Source: a virus
Lineage: Duplodnaviria; Caudoviricetes
Reading direction: 5' to 3' (one strand)
Length of the DNA: 64,000 nucleotides
IMG/VR virus record: IMGVR_UViG_3300033067_001757
Span: 32,001 to 96,000 of that record
Shown: positions 39,170 through 48,111 of the stretch, one piece after another
How positions within the stretch are numbered: position 1 is the first letter of the stretch
How the letters are laid out: every line of letters starts with the position of its first letter
Notes under the pieces: generated by a model
The model's database searches: none
What the model was told of the DNA's origin: nothing
The model's input: the letters and a program-made list of their open reading frames with translations, nothing else
Position numbers and translations under genes: made by a program

Positions 39170-40207
39170 TTAATAATTATTAAGCACTGAAAAAAGTTCT
39201 ATCCAATGCGATGCATAAGGAAGAGTATCTCCAAGCCGATCAATCTCACATAACTTTAAGAAGTCATACTTCTGCAGCTTTGGTATCTCCCGGTTAAATT
39301 GATGATGTATTTCTTCGAGGTCAACATTTGAGATATTGGGCTCATGAAGATTCATGATCTGATAGTTAATGGCCAGTTTACGCTTATCTTCAAGCAACCG
39401 TGTAAATAGTTTACCATAGTCCTGGTTATATTCAGCATGATCAAAGACTTCATCGAGCATCATTCTGTTGGGTTCAACAAATTGAGGAAACATCTTAGAA
39501 ATCTTCTTCTCACCAATACCATGAACACCTTTCACATTGTCCGATGAGTCGCCGAGTATAGCTTTATATAAAAGGAAATTTGCAGGATGTACACCAAACT
39601 CTTCAAGTACCTGCTGAGTATTGTAATGGATATGTTTTATAGGACTCCATACTGATATACGATCATTCACAAGTTGAAAGAAATCTCTGTCTGATGACAT
39701 GATCGTTATTTCGCAGTCTGGTTCCTCACGGTATAGCTTTCCGCTTAGGTATCCGATTATATCATCGGCCTCCAATTTGTCAACACACATACAGTTGACT
39801 GGTAATAACTTCAAATAGTCCATCAACCTGGTAATCTCATTCAGCTTAGCATCGTCTTCATCTTTCTTTGTTTCGAAAGACTTATAATTCATCACCTTTT
39901 GATTGTTCCTGTTACTCTTATATTCTGGTAACAGATACTTGCGATTTTGAGACCCAGCCTCGCCATCAAATACAATTATGACACGAGTGGGCATCAGTTG
40001 TTTTATAACGCTGCCGAGGCTCTTTAAGAAGCCTGTGAGACCACCTATGTGGTTACCGGCAAGATTGATATGATTTATTACTGCAAAATTCCGGATGAAG
40101 GTGTTCATTCCATCGATGAATAGTACACGACTATTGAACTGCAGGTTCAACGGTTTGGTTTCTTCCGTGATGGAATTAAAGAGGTTAAGGAGATTGAGTT
40201 TGGTCAC
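39170..40207 (-). CDS. 5'-3' exonuclease/flap endonuclease (T4 RNase H-like)
   Basis: IDGMN, VFDG, YKSNR, EADDII, SSDRDF, GDSSDNVKGV.GIG. Confidence 0.93.
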   Translation of the reverse strand: MTKLNLLNLFNSITEETKPLNLQFNSRVLFIDGMNTFIRNFAVINHINLAGNHIGGLTGFLKSLGSVIKQLMPTRVIIVFDGEAGSQNRKYLLPEYKSNRNNQKVMNYKSFETKKDEDDAKLNEITRLMDYLKLLPVNCMCVDKLEADDIIGYLSGKLYREEPDCEITIMSSDRDFFQLVNDRISVWSPIKHIHYNTQQVLEEFGVHPANFLLYKAILGDSSDNVKGVHGIGEKKISKMFPQFVEPNRMMLDEVFDHAEYNQDYGKLFTRLLEDKRKLAINYQIMNLHEPNISNVDLEEIHHQFNREIPKLQKYDFLKLCEIDRLGDTLPYASHWIELFSVLNNY

Positions 40208-40566
40208 TTACCTTCAGAAAGTTTTGTGTTATCAATCATGTAAGTGAAACGTGGACATATAAGAGTAACTTTATATTGTTGCAACTCATCCGCAAGCGTC
40301 TCGCCTAATATGAGAGCTCTTTCCCATATAACTATTTCATCACGTATAAACCTTGGATACTGAATAAATTCAATGATCACACCCGGTTCATTACCATTTG
40401 TATATAAGTATTCAGTGGGAGTAAACGATACACATTCACCTTTCTCATCTACAAACTTTTGACATATAGCTCTCGCTTTGTCTATACTTTGTATCTCACC
40501 GGTATCACGGATTTTTAATCCAACATGGATGGTCGCTTTAAACGTAATTGCGTATTTTACTTGCAT
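40204..40566 (-). CDS. hypothetical protein
   Basis: YTNGNEPGVII..IQYPRF pattern. Confidence 0.65.
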   Translation of the reverse strand: MQVKYAITFKATIHVGLKIRDTGEIQSIDKARAICQKFVDEKGECVSFTPTEYLYTNGNEPGVIIEFIQYPRFIRDEIVIWERALILGETLADELQQYKVTLICPRFTYMIDNTKLSEGK

Positions 40567-40575
40567 ATCAATAAT

Positions 40576-41418
40576 TTAAACAAAGCATTCACATGGTTTT
40601 GCTTCGTCGAGTGATTCAATTTTATATTTCTTTAAATACTTACCGAATTCTCCTTTCGGTATATGTTCGGATGCTGGTATGCCTGCACATTTCATCCTTT
40701 CAAATATTGGTTCCAGTTCGGATAATGGTGATGGATGCATGACACCCTTCTTCATCATTCTGAGGATTGAGTAGCCCAGGTATTCTTCGGTCTCTTTAGC
40801 CTTCTTAAAGATGTCGTACCTGGTACAATATGTGACATACCAGTGTTGCATTCCACCCTTGAGACAGCCTGTACAATTAGCATGTTTGAATTGGCTATAT
40901 GTATTAGGCTTTCTGATACCGATTTCTTCTGTGCTGAATATGGTTCTTTCATCCCACAAAGCGAGTGGATAATCTGTTTGATATCCCATCGCTCCTAATA
41001 TTGATTGACGTCGAGCAACTCTGTTCATTTCATTAGCATCAAAACCATAGTATATGATACAATCTTCATCAGGAAAATATCTTTGCAGAAAAATATTAAA
41101 TGGTCTTGTTTTTAGTCTGCTCGTACAAATAGCTTCACCTGAATTCGGCGCTTTAAAACCACTTTCTTTTACAGCAATATCAAATTGATCCGGTATATCA
41201 TTTGGATTGGTAACATCTTTATAGTTGGCATATGTAATTGGTATTCCTAAGTATTCAGATACTTCATTACCAAATCTTTTGATATCAGCTTCTTCTTTAT
41301 CAGGATGAATATCATGGTTAAGTAATATGACATTTTCTTTACCGAACTTCCTGGTGACTTCTATCGCAACCAACGCTGATGAATGACCCTTACTGAAACA
41401 TACGATGTGTTTATTCAT
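40576..41418 (-). CDS. second PAPS-reductase-like protein
   Basis: VCFSKGHSSA, CTSRLK, HANCTGCLKGG, terminal PCEC. Confidence 0.75.
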   Translation of the reverse strand: MNKHIVCFSKGHSSALVAIEVTRKFGKENVILLNHDIHPDKEEADIKRFGNEVSEYLGIPITYANYKDVTNPNDIPDQFDIAVKESGFKAPNSGEAICTSRLKTRPFNIFLQRYFPDEDCIIYYGFDANEMNRVARRQSILGAMGYQTDYPLALWDERTIFSTEEIGIRKPNTYSQFKHANCTGCLKGGMQHWYVTYCTRYDIFKKAKETEEYLGYSILRMMKKGVMHPSPLSELEPIFERMKCAGIPASEHIPKGEFGKYLKKYKIESLDEAKPCECFV

Positions 41419-41623
41419 TCATTCTCTCCTTCACTAACGCTATTATTTTTTCAACGGTATCCAGGCCATCCATTTCATCGTCGTTGATTATGACTGAAAA
41501 CAATTTTTCTATTTGCATAATCATATCAAAAAAATACCATACATCAATCATCTGATCTGTTCCTACATAATTCAGAATATTTGATTCATATTCATTATAT
41601 AATTCTCTTATTTTTTCTTCCAT
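41411..41623 (-). CDS. acyl-carrier-protein-like protein lacking the phosphopantetheine serine
   Basis: 70 aa, acidic; DMIMQIEKLFSVIINDDEMDGLDTVEKIIALV aligns with ACP helices II-IV; DVW replaces DSL. Confidence 0.6.
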   Translation of the reverse strand: MEEKIRELYNEYESNILNYVGTDQMIDVWYFFDMIMQIEKLFSVIINDDEMDGLDTVEKIIALVKERMNE

Positions 41624-42087
41624 CTGATAAGTTTTAATCCATCTTCATCTGGTACATTTTCTTCAGACCTTTCGTAACCGGTAAAATATTTATTTATATA
41701 ATAATTATAAATCTTATCTCTCGTGGAACCATGTAAATCATATTCAATTCCTTTCACATCATATTTATCAACATAGTATTTTAAAAACCCAAATACAGTC
41801 GGGACTATTACTTTGGAAGAAGGATCATTCAATAATTTAGTAACATTAGTTACTCTATGTCCATCTACATCCTCTATATTTCCAAAAGAAACATTGTGAT
41901 ATTCCGGATCAAGAACATTACTAAAATATATTTCATATTCTTTACCCTTATAGGTTAAAAACACTTGCATCACTTTTGAAGTCTCCCTCTTTATAACATA
42001 CTCAACACCTTTACTTTTAAGTTCATCGAGTTGATACAAGTCAATCATTTCCAATAAAACTTCGGCCAATATTGTATTTAATCTCAT
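41608..42087 (-). CDS. hypothetical protein with an MRLNTILAE leader
   Basis: ORF track 41608..42096; second Met gives the leader. Confidence 0.6.
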   Translation of the reverse strand: MRLNTILAEVLLEMIDLYQLDELKSKGVEYVIKRETSKVMQVFLTYKGKEYEIYFSNVLDPEYHNVSFGNIEDVDGHRVTNVTKLLNDPSSKVIVPTVFGFLKYYVDKYDVKGIEYDLHGSTRDKIYNYYINKYFTGYERSEENVPDEDGLKLIRWKKK

Positions 42088-42088
42088 G

Positions 42089-43060
42089 TTATTCATTTAC
42101 ATATTTCCATTTAAATCCACCAGCTGTTATTCCCCGACCATTACATACTCCTGTAATGTTCTGCCTGGATATACCGAGTGTCTCGACGGCTTTTGAAATA
42201 GTATCCCATATCTTAATCACTTCGTCTGTCTTATGATTGATCTGCATTAATGATTCTCGTTTATCTGGTTTGGGTGCATATTTGAAGCGATGGTTTTTCA
42301 CCACTTTGGTACCGCTCTTACATGATACACATATGTTAGCTGGACTATCGTTTAAAAAATCAGCAGCTTCTCTCATGCTGTCGAATGTTTTAATATAATT
42401 CCAGTTAATATCAAACATATCAATCGGAGTTTTTTGCTTATTAGAAGCTTTCTTTATATTGGCAACCGACGTAGGATATTTTTTACCTGAATGAATCTTG
42501 GAAACCTTCTCACTATATTCAACAGTTCGCGGTGGCATTATTCTACCGGTTGATGTCACTCTTACTTTTTCTTTAGTTTCATCCGATGATTTCCTACCAG
42601 TTAATGCTTCGCTTAATAATTGTTTCGTCTTCTCCGATAAAGGTTTACCAAACGATGGATTGTTCTTACCGGAAAATTTAATACTCATACTTTTCCGTCT
42701 CTCATCAGTCCAACAATTTCTGGCTATCTGTAATCGTTCTTCAGAATAAAGAACAGGCACATCATCATAACCTGGCAGGGATAGATTCAAACCTTTGTGT
42801 TTATCTAATACTTCATACAAATCACCGAATGTTCGTTCCATTTTGAACATATCTTCAATCAATCCCCTCCAGATACATTCAAAAACATGATTCTCCGGGC
42901 CATATTTCTTCAGTGAACGGTATAACTTTGATTGAGATTTACACTGTAATGTCTTATAACTGTACCATCGTTGATATAGAGTTTGATATGTACTACCGAT
43001 ATAAATTCTACCTGTTGGACTTGTAATTTTATAGACTTTTCCTTTTCTTTTTGCTTTCAT
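42089..43060 (-). CDS. GIY-YIG homing endonuclease with NUMOD3/NUMOD1 repeats
   Basis: GKVYKITSPTGRIYIGST, NPSFGKPLSEKTK, TAGGFKWKY. Confidence 0.9.
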   Translation of the reverse strand: MKAKRKGKVYKITSPTGRIYIGSTYQTLYQRWYSYKTLQCKSQSKLYRSLKKYGPENHVFECIWRGLIEDMFKMERTFGDLYEVLDKHKGLNLSLPGYDDVPVLYSEERLQIARNCWTDERRKSMSIKFSGKNNPSFGKPLSEKTKQLLSEALTGRKSSDETKEKVRVTSTGRIMPPRTVEYSEKVSKIHSGKKYPTSVANIKKASNKQKTPIDMFDINWNYIKTFDSMREAADFLNDSPANICVSCKSGTKVVKNHRFKYAPKPDKRESLMQINHKTDEVIKIWDTISKAVETLGISRQNITGVCNGRGITAGGFKWKYVNE

Positions 43061-43112
43061 CTATAATAAATATCATAGACGAACAATAATATGTGGAGTT
43101 ATCTAAATATAT

Positions 43113-44255
43113 TTACTCATCGTCAGCTTCAATACTGTTAAAAACATCTCTGATGTCTTCCTTTACATCTTGCTCTTCCACAATATCAAACTCGCCGGTA
43201 CCAAGTATCTCCAACCACTCATGACGATGATCTTTCTTGTACTTTTCAACGTCTTTTTTATCATCTTTGATAAAGCCATGTGGAGTAACAAGTATCTTCG
43301 CAGATGCTGTTATACCGTTGATATGATTCTTCTCAATTGACACCTTGGTACGCTTAGCGAATTCTACCTCTCGACCGTTCTTCTGAGCCTTAATTTTTGA
43401 TGTGCCTGCATTGGTTACATTACCGAATAATATACAAAGGCTACAGTCTGAATAGAGAGCGTTTCCACCCTTGCTTTTAATTGTAGGTAGCGCACCATAA
43501 GTTGCCGGCTTATCAATCCAGATCTTATTAACGACGATGAATGTATTAGTGTAAGGTCTTGATAATTTACGTGATACTATTATCTGTTGATCAATATAGT
43601 TACCAAAATTTCTACTCATCGCAGCCGCTGCCCATTCATTATTAGAGGTTTTTGAATCGAGTGACTGTTGGCAGACTACAGTTCCAGCACAGTCCCAAAA
43701 AAATACCAGGTCATATGGAAGTTTGCCTTTCTTCTGTTCATCTAATAGATCACCCATGAACCCTGCTATCTTTTCGATAGTTCCGACCTGTTCAATATCA
43801 ACATAAATGAAATTACCTTCATACCGCATCTCACCTGTTTCCTTGTCTGGAACTTCGTCGAATTCAAGACCCATGAGCCTCATATGATTCCAATCTATTT
43901 TCATCTCTGTTATTATAAGAACCGGTAGCTTCCCTGCTTTCTGCGCAGCTACGATAGCTTCGATACCCAAGGCGCTTTTACCTGTGTCACTATGGCCGCG
44001 TATAACAACCACATGTCCTACCGGTATACCGGGTAGTCCTGTTGCTTCCTGGAATGCTTCAGACACCTTTAACCATTCTTGATCTTTAAACCCGGATGAT
44101 TGATTAAGATTCTTAGACTTCTTGAAATCATTTAAATCAAAACCCTTCTTAGGAACTATTGCCGTTCCTACAGCTTTCTTCATATTATTACCAGTAGCAG
44201 CCTTCGCAGATTTCTCTTCTGCGCTGGCAACTTTAATTGTTGCTTTCTTTGCCAT
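43113..44255 (-). CDS. RecA/UvsX-like recombinase
   Basis: GIPVGH...GHSDTGKS, FFWD, VVNKIW, KGG, KNHING. Confidence 0.88.
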   Translation of the reverse strand: MAKKATIKVASAEEKSAKAATGNNMKKAVGTAIVPKKGFDLNDFKKSKNLNQSSGFKDQEWLKVSEAFQEATGLPGIPVGHVVVIRGHSDTGKSALGIEAIVAAQKAGKLPVLIITEMKIDWNHMRLMGLEFDEVPDKETGEMRYEGNFIYVDIEQVGTIEKIAGFMGDLLDEQKKGKLPYDLVFFWDCAGTVVCQQSLDSKTSNNEWAAAAMSRNFGNYIDQQIIVSRKLSRPYTNTFIVVNKIWIDKPATYGALPTIKSKGGNALYSDCSLCILFGNVTNAGTSKIKAQKNGREVEFAKRTKVSIEKNHINGITASAKILVTPHGFIKDDKKDVEKYKKDHRHEWLEILGTGEFDIVEEQDVKEDIRDVFNSIEADDE

Positions 44256-44290
44256 ACTCTGTTTAAGTGAATTGATACATGACCTTTATT

Positions 44291-44351
44291 AAAGCACCCG
44301 GACGGGTGTAATTCTATCTGTTTACACATGAGATATACCCTTGCGGGTATA
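44291..44351 (-). terminator. two hairpins after the SSB gene
   Basis: TATACCC-GCAA-GGGTATA and CACCC-GTCC-GGGTG-CTTT on the minus strand. Confidence 0.55.
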
Positions 44352-44355
44352 CCTA

Positions 44356-45381
44356 CTATTCATCATCGTCAAACACGGCGCTAAACTTATCAGCAACAGA
44401 TACTGCTTTACTTGGTGCCTTGGGTGCTACTTTTACTTCGGACTTAACAGTCGGAGCCTTAGCAGGAGCTTTTGGAGCAGCCTTCTTTACAGGTGGTGGA
44501 GGTGGGGGTAATTCCTCTTCCTCGGGGTCTTCTTCAAATGGTTGATCTGGCACCAAATCAGTAACATCGTCCTCATCATCTTCGGGTTCTGGTGGAGCGG
44601 GTGCAAACTTCTTCACAGCGGCTGATGTAGGTTTGGGTGCCGGTGCTGGTTGTTTCTCTGCTTCTGCAGCCTCTGGATCGAGGTACTTCGCGAACATTTC
44701 TTTGATCTCTGCGAACGTATATTTCTTATGAACTTCCAACGGATCCTTCTGATCATCCAACCATTTCTTAACCAGGTTAGCATCTTCAGATAACGGAGAT
44801 GTTACTGAATCCGGAAGAATGTTTACTTCAATATAGTTAATATTCTTAGCACCCTGTTGCATAGTTGCTTTCACACCTTCTACTTCGAGATCACGTCCTT
44901 CCATTACATCTGTGATATCCCCCAACTTTTTCTTACCAAGCAAAGCCAGAATTTTTGTCTCAGTCTGAGAACCAAATTCCCATAATAAAACTCCTTTATC
45001 TTCTTGGCCACGAACGATCACCGGCATAAAGAATCTCTCTTTTATCTTGATCTTTTTAGCTAAGTTCTCACTTTCCAACGCTGTTTCTGAACCGGATTTA
45101 GCATCTTCATAGAGTCCTTTTCTAAATTGTTCAACAGGATCTTTCTCTCCCCAGTTCTTCAATGCGTAAACTGTACGCTTGAATATGTTATTGTCGTGGA
45201 AGAAAACATTTTTAATGGGATAATCCCGGTTCCATTTGGCTGGAACAATGCGGATAATTTGTTCCCCCTCTTTAGGTTTGAAGAAAATTTTAGACCAATC
45301 GGTTTTTTCGAAGGTGTTACCGTTACCTTTCTGCGTCTTCTGTTCCAGACGCTGCTTTACAATAGACATGTCTAATGCCAT
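44356..45381 (-). CDS. single-stranded DNA-binding protein (T4 gp32-like)
   Basis: FFKPK...IRIVP, RFF.PVIVRG, LWEFG, DITD..EGRD; Pro/Ala-rich linker; acidic tail FDDDE. Confidence 0.88.
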   Translation of the reverse strand: MALDMSIVKQRLEQKTQKGNGNTFEKTDWSKIFFKPKEGEQIIRIVPAKWNRDYPIKNVFFHDNNIFKRTVYALKNWGEKDPVEQFRKGLYEDAKSGSETALESENLAKKIKIKERFFMPVIVRGQEDKGVLLWEFGSQTETKILALLGKKKLGDITDVMEGRDLEVEGVKATMQQGAKNINYIEVNILPDSVTSPLSEDANLVKKWLDDQKDPLEVHKKYTFAEIKEMFAKYLDPEAAEAEKQPAPAPKPTSAAVKKFAPAPPEPEDDEDDVTDLVPDQPFEEDPEEEELPPPPPPVKKAAPKAPAKAPTVKSEVKVAPKAPSKAVSVADKFSAVFDDDE

Positions 45382-45425
45382 AAAATACTGGATTGTTTAA
45401 TGATAGAATATTGAATTGTAGAGTG

Positions 45426-45457
45426 CAAAGGTATAGAACTTATTTGAGATCACCAAA
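45426..45457 (-). promoter_or_regulatory. Bacteroidota sigma-70 promoter for ssb-recA
   Basis: TTTG-N20-TACCTTTG. Confidence 0.8.
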
Positions 45458-45484
45458 TAAAAGTTCTATAATAGAGAAGTTATT

Positions 45485-45922
45485 TTATTTACGGATATGT
45501 ATTACGTCGTAGATTTTGGTAGCGAGATGGCAAAGTTCACCGCCTCTGGTAATCAGGATAGAATTCTTGTAATTGTTCCAGTTGATTCGGAAGTGTGGAT
45601 CCAATACTCCGTTATTAAAAGCGGTAATAAGTGCGTTCAGGGCCTTAACCGTGTAGAATGTATTGGTATCTTTTTTACGTTGAATGATCAGGGTATCAGG
45701 AATAATGTGTGTGGATAAAATATTAGAAGTATCGATATTATATGTACATAACAATTCCTGGGATTCGGCTACTGAAAACACAAATATCTTATCGAACAAT
45801 ATTTCGTATGTACGATTTATTAATCGAATGGTGTCATCCAAATTTGACTGATATGTGAAAGTGCAAAATAATTTATTTGACAAACCTTTTATTTCTTCTG
45901 GTAAAATAGAGTAGCGGTACAT
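45485..45922 (-). CDS. conserved hypothetical phage protein
   Basis: NKLFCTF...RKKDTNTFYTVKALN...NW.NYKNSIL. Confidence 0.7.
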   Translation of the reverse strand: MYRYSILPEEIKGLSNKLFCTFTYQSNLDDTIRLINRTYEILFDKIFVFSVAESQELLCTYNIDTSNILSTHIIPDTLIIQRKKDTNTFYTVKALNALITAFNNGVLDPHFRINWNNYKNSILITRGGELCHLATKIYDVIHIRK

Positions 45923-45945
45923 AAATAAATATCAAATAAAGTTTG

Positions 45946-47286
45946 TCAAACAGATTTCATATTAGCATAATTGCTCCCATAAGTACAAGATGTTTTATAT
46001 CCACCATGTTCCAGAATTTCTTCGATATCATTTAACACCGCTTTTGAGTCATCTTTACTGTAGTCAAATAAAAATGAATCATAAGTATAAAGTATCAGCT
46101 TGGTTTTTTTAGTTTGCAAATATGCTATCAAATCATTTAATATCAGAATATTGCGCTCTGTTTCATAGTTCTGTAACAAATATGGTAATATCTGGGTTTT
46201 ATTAGAAATATTTGTAATAGGTCGACCTGATATCCACGATTTTACATAACCATTCTCCTGAAAGTTTTCCCAATATTGATTTTTAAATTCTCTGATCTTG
46301 GAAATAAATGGAATTTTTTCAAAATCGTTGAAAGGAGCATCTGTATATATAATTTTAAATGTTATTCCTTTACTGGATTCATATTGTTCATCAGTAATAA
46401 CATCGGTATTGAAATAAAGTTTAGCCAGGCTAGTGTGTATGTCATCATCTTCGAATTCAAAACCAATAATCTCACATAATATTCTTAAGTGATATGAAGA
46501 ATAATCAAACTCTACTAATACATTGTTACCCGGTACAATAAACTCCCGACTACTATTACTCTTATCCATGCCGGCGAAATTAATACCGTTGAATTTGTTA
46601 CTGGGTCTGCCAGTCTGGGTAAAGAGATTGTACTGAGTATAAATCTTACCATTATCGTCTATAGAAAATGATTCATTCTTCAGTTTAAAGTGCTCATCCA
46701 GCTTAGCTTTATCTATTGTAATACCCTGTCTTTCTATTTCACTGAATACATAGTTTCCAATATGATTATAGAATCTGAAATACTTCGACTTAAACCATTC
46801 ATCTTTCAGCTTTATATCCTTAAACATATTCTCACATTTCTCATAATGCTTGGAAATGGGAATAAGTCTGTTTATGTCTTGTCTTAGCGGGTACCGTTGA
46901 TAGAAATATGAATGAGCAGCAGTATTGTACTTACTTTCATCCAATATATCTTCAGACATGAGGTATTTGGCTGTTTTAAGGCAAAATACGCGGTCATGTG
47001 GTAACGGATAAGTAAACGCTTTCTTACCGTCATTGACAAAAATTTGATTGGTTTTCTTTGATATTAGCGACCAGACTAAATTGATGTCCAGTTTAAACCC
47101 TTCCGTATGATCAATACAGAATATGAAGCCAGCCCTGGATCTAAATGGTTTTAAATAGACCAGACTCACAGGGGAAATAAGATGATGACACTGAGGATTG
47201 AAATGAATGACTTCTAAAAAACACCGGTCTAAATTATACTCGGAAAATTTATCCAGTTGATCCTTCGTCTCAATTAAGTAGAACAA
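45946..47286 (-). CDS. compact family A DNA polymerase-like protein
   Basis: TGRPS, motif A EFDYSSYHLR, motif B K.ITFKIIY, motif C YTYDSFLFD. Confidence 0.85.
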   Translation of the reverse strand: MFYLIETKDQLDKFSEYNLDRCFLEVIHFNPQCHHLISPVSLVYLKPFRSRAGFIFCIDHTEGFKLDINLVWSLISKKTNQIFVNDGKKAFTYPLPHDRVFCLKTAKYLMSEDILDESKYNTAAHSYFYQRYPLRQDINRLIPISKHYEKCENMFKDIKLKDEWFKSKYFRFYNHIGNYVFSEIERQGITIDKAKLDEHFKLKNESFSIDDNGKIYTQYNLFTQTGRPSNKFNGINFAGMDKSNSSREFIVPGNNVLVEFDYSSYHLRILCEIIGFEFEDDDIHTSLAKLYFNTDVITDEQYESSKGITFKIIYTDAPFNDFEKIPFISKIREFKNQYWENFQENGYVKSWISGRPITNISNKTQILPYLLQNYETERNILILNDLIAYLQTKKTKLILYTYDSFLFDYSKDDSKAVLNDIEEILEHGGYKTSCTYGSNYANMKSV

Positions 47287-47345
47287 AATTATTCATTGTT
47301 TTGAGTATTCCAAATTAAATTTTTATTATCCGATAACAATCGCGA

Positions 47346-47543
47346 TTACTCAGACGATATCAACCATATTACAAAACGAAATATAAGCATAATCAATACA
47401 CATGTACTGTACATTACCAATACCCCAATGAACCCTGTCTCCCTAAATACCATAAACGGAGGTATGAATACCATTAAAAATAAAATTGTATAACCTATGA
47501 ATTTTTTAACATAGCTTAAGTACTTTGCAGAATATTTTTTCAT
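47346..47543 (-). CDS. small two-TM membrane protein
   Basis: Two hydrophobic helices; own promoter and AATAAAGGTCATG start. Confidence 0.7.
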   Translation of the reverse strand: MKKYSAKYLSYVKKFIGYTILFLMVFIPPFMVFRETGFIGVLVMYSTCVLIMLIFRFVIWLISSE

Positions 47544-47559
47544 GACCTTTATTTGACAG

Positions 47560-47590
47560 CAAAACTACGGAAAAATATCGAGACTACAAA
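47560..47590 (-). promoter_or_regulatory. Bacteroidota sigma-70 promoter
   Basis: TTTG-N19-TAGTTTTG. Confidence 0.65.
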
Positions 47591-48111
47591 TTCTGATTAG
47601 AGAACTCAGCAAGATTAACTAAATATATAGAGAGACCTGGAACTATCGTTTCTTTAGATTTCACTGTACGCATATTAGTATCGATGATACCGTGTACCGG
47701 TATTTTGGAGTCCTTATTATCGTAGAGCGGTCCAGTAATCTTCCACTCCAGATTTACACCGACATACAGTGGATTGCTCTTGAATTTATTGTAATCAGTA
47801 ATAGAGACCTCTTTAATCGTGTCTACACCGCTGTTAACGCGTTTAATGAAGTATCTGGTGATAAATCCCCGCTTCATATCTTCCACGGTCACGGTCGGTC
47901 TGAAATACATTGATTTCGTAGTACCTGGAGTATTATTGACAATCAGCTTCTGCAGTTCTGACGGATTACTGTCTGTTGGGCTCCCTGAAAAATACCGGTT
48001 ATCAAACGTAGCATAGTATTTTCCTTTATACGGCTTCTTCGTCGACAGCATGACGAACTGGTTTCCGGATGTATACTGATCTTCGCTTATTTTGGATTTA
48101 GGGTAGTACAT
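47584..48111 (-). CDS. putative virion/baseplate protein
   Basis: MYYPKS...YT.G, GFITRYF, WKITGP; last gene of the baseplate block. Confidence 0.6.
   Translation of the reverse strand: MYYPKSKISEDQYTSGNQFVMLSTKKPYKGKYYATFDNRYFSGSPTDSNPSELQKLIVNNTPGTTKSMYFRPTVTVEDMKRGFITRYFIKRVNSGVDTIKEVSITDYNKFKSNPLYVGVNLEWKITGPLYDNKDSKIPVHGIIDTNMRTVKSKETIVPGLSIYLVNLAEFSNQNL

Noticed and set aside
26568-44255. Inteins or group I introns in PolB, nrdJ, helicase or recA
   Set aside because: Lengths are normal and motifs contiguous; both homing endonucleases are free-standing
44400-44670. GC-richer low-complexity stretch as a DNA repeat element
   Set aside because: It encodes the Pro/Ala/Lys and acidic linker of the SSB C-terminus
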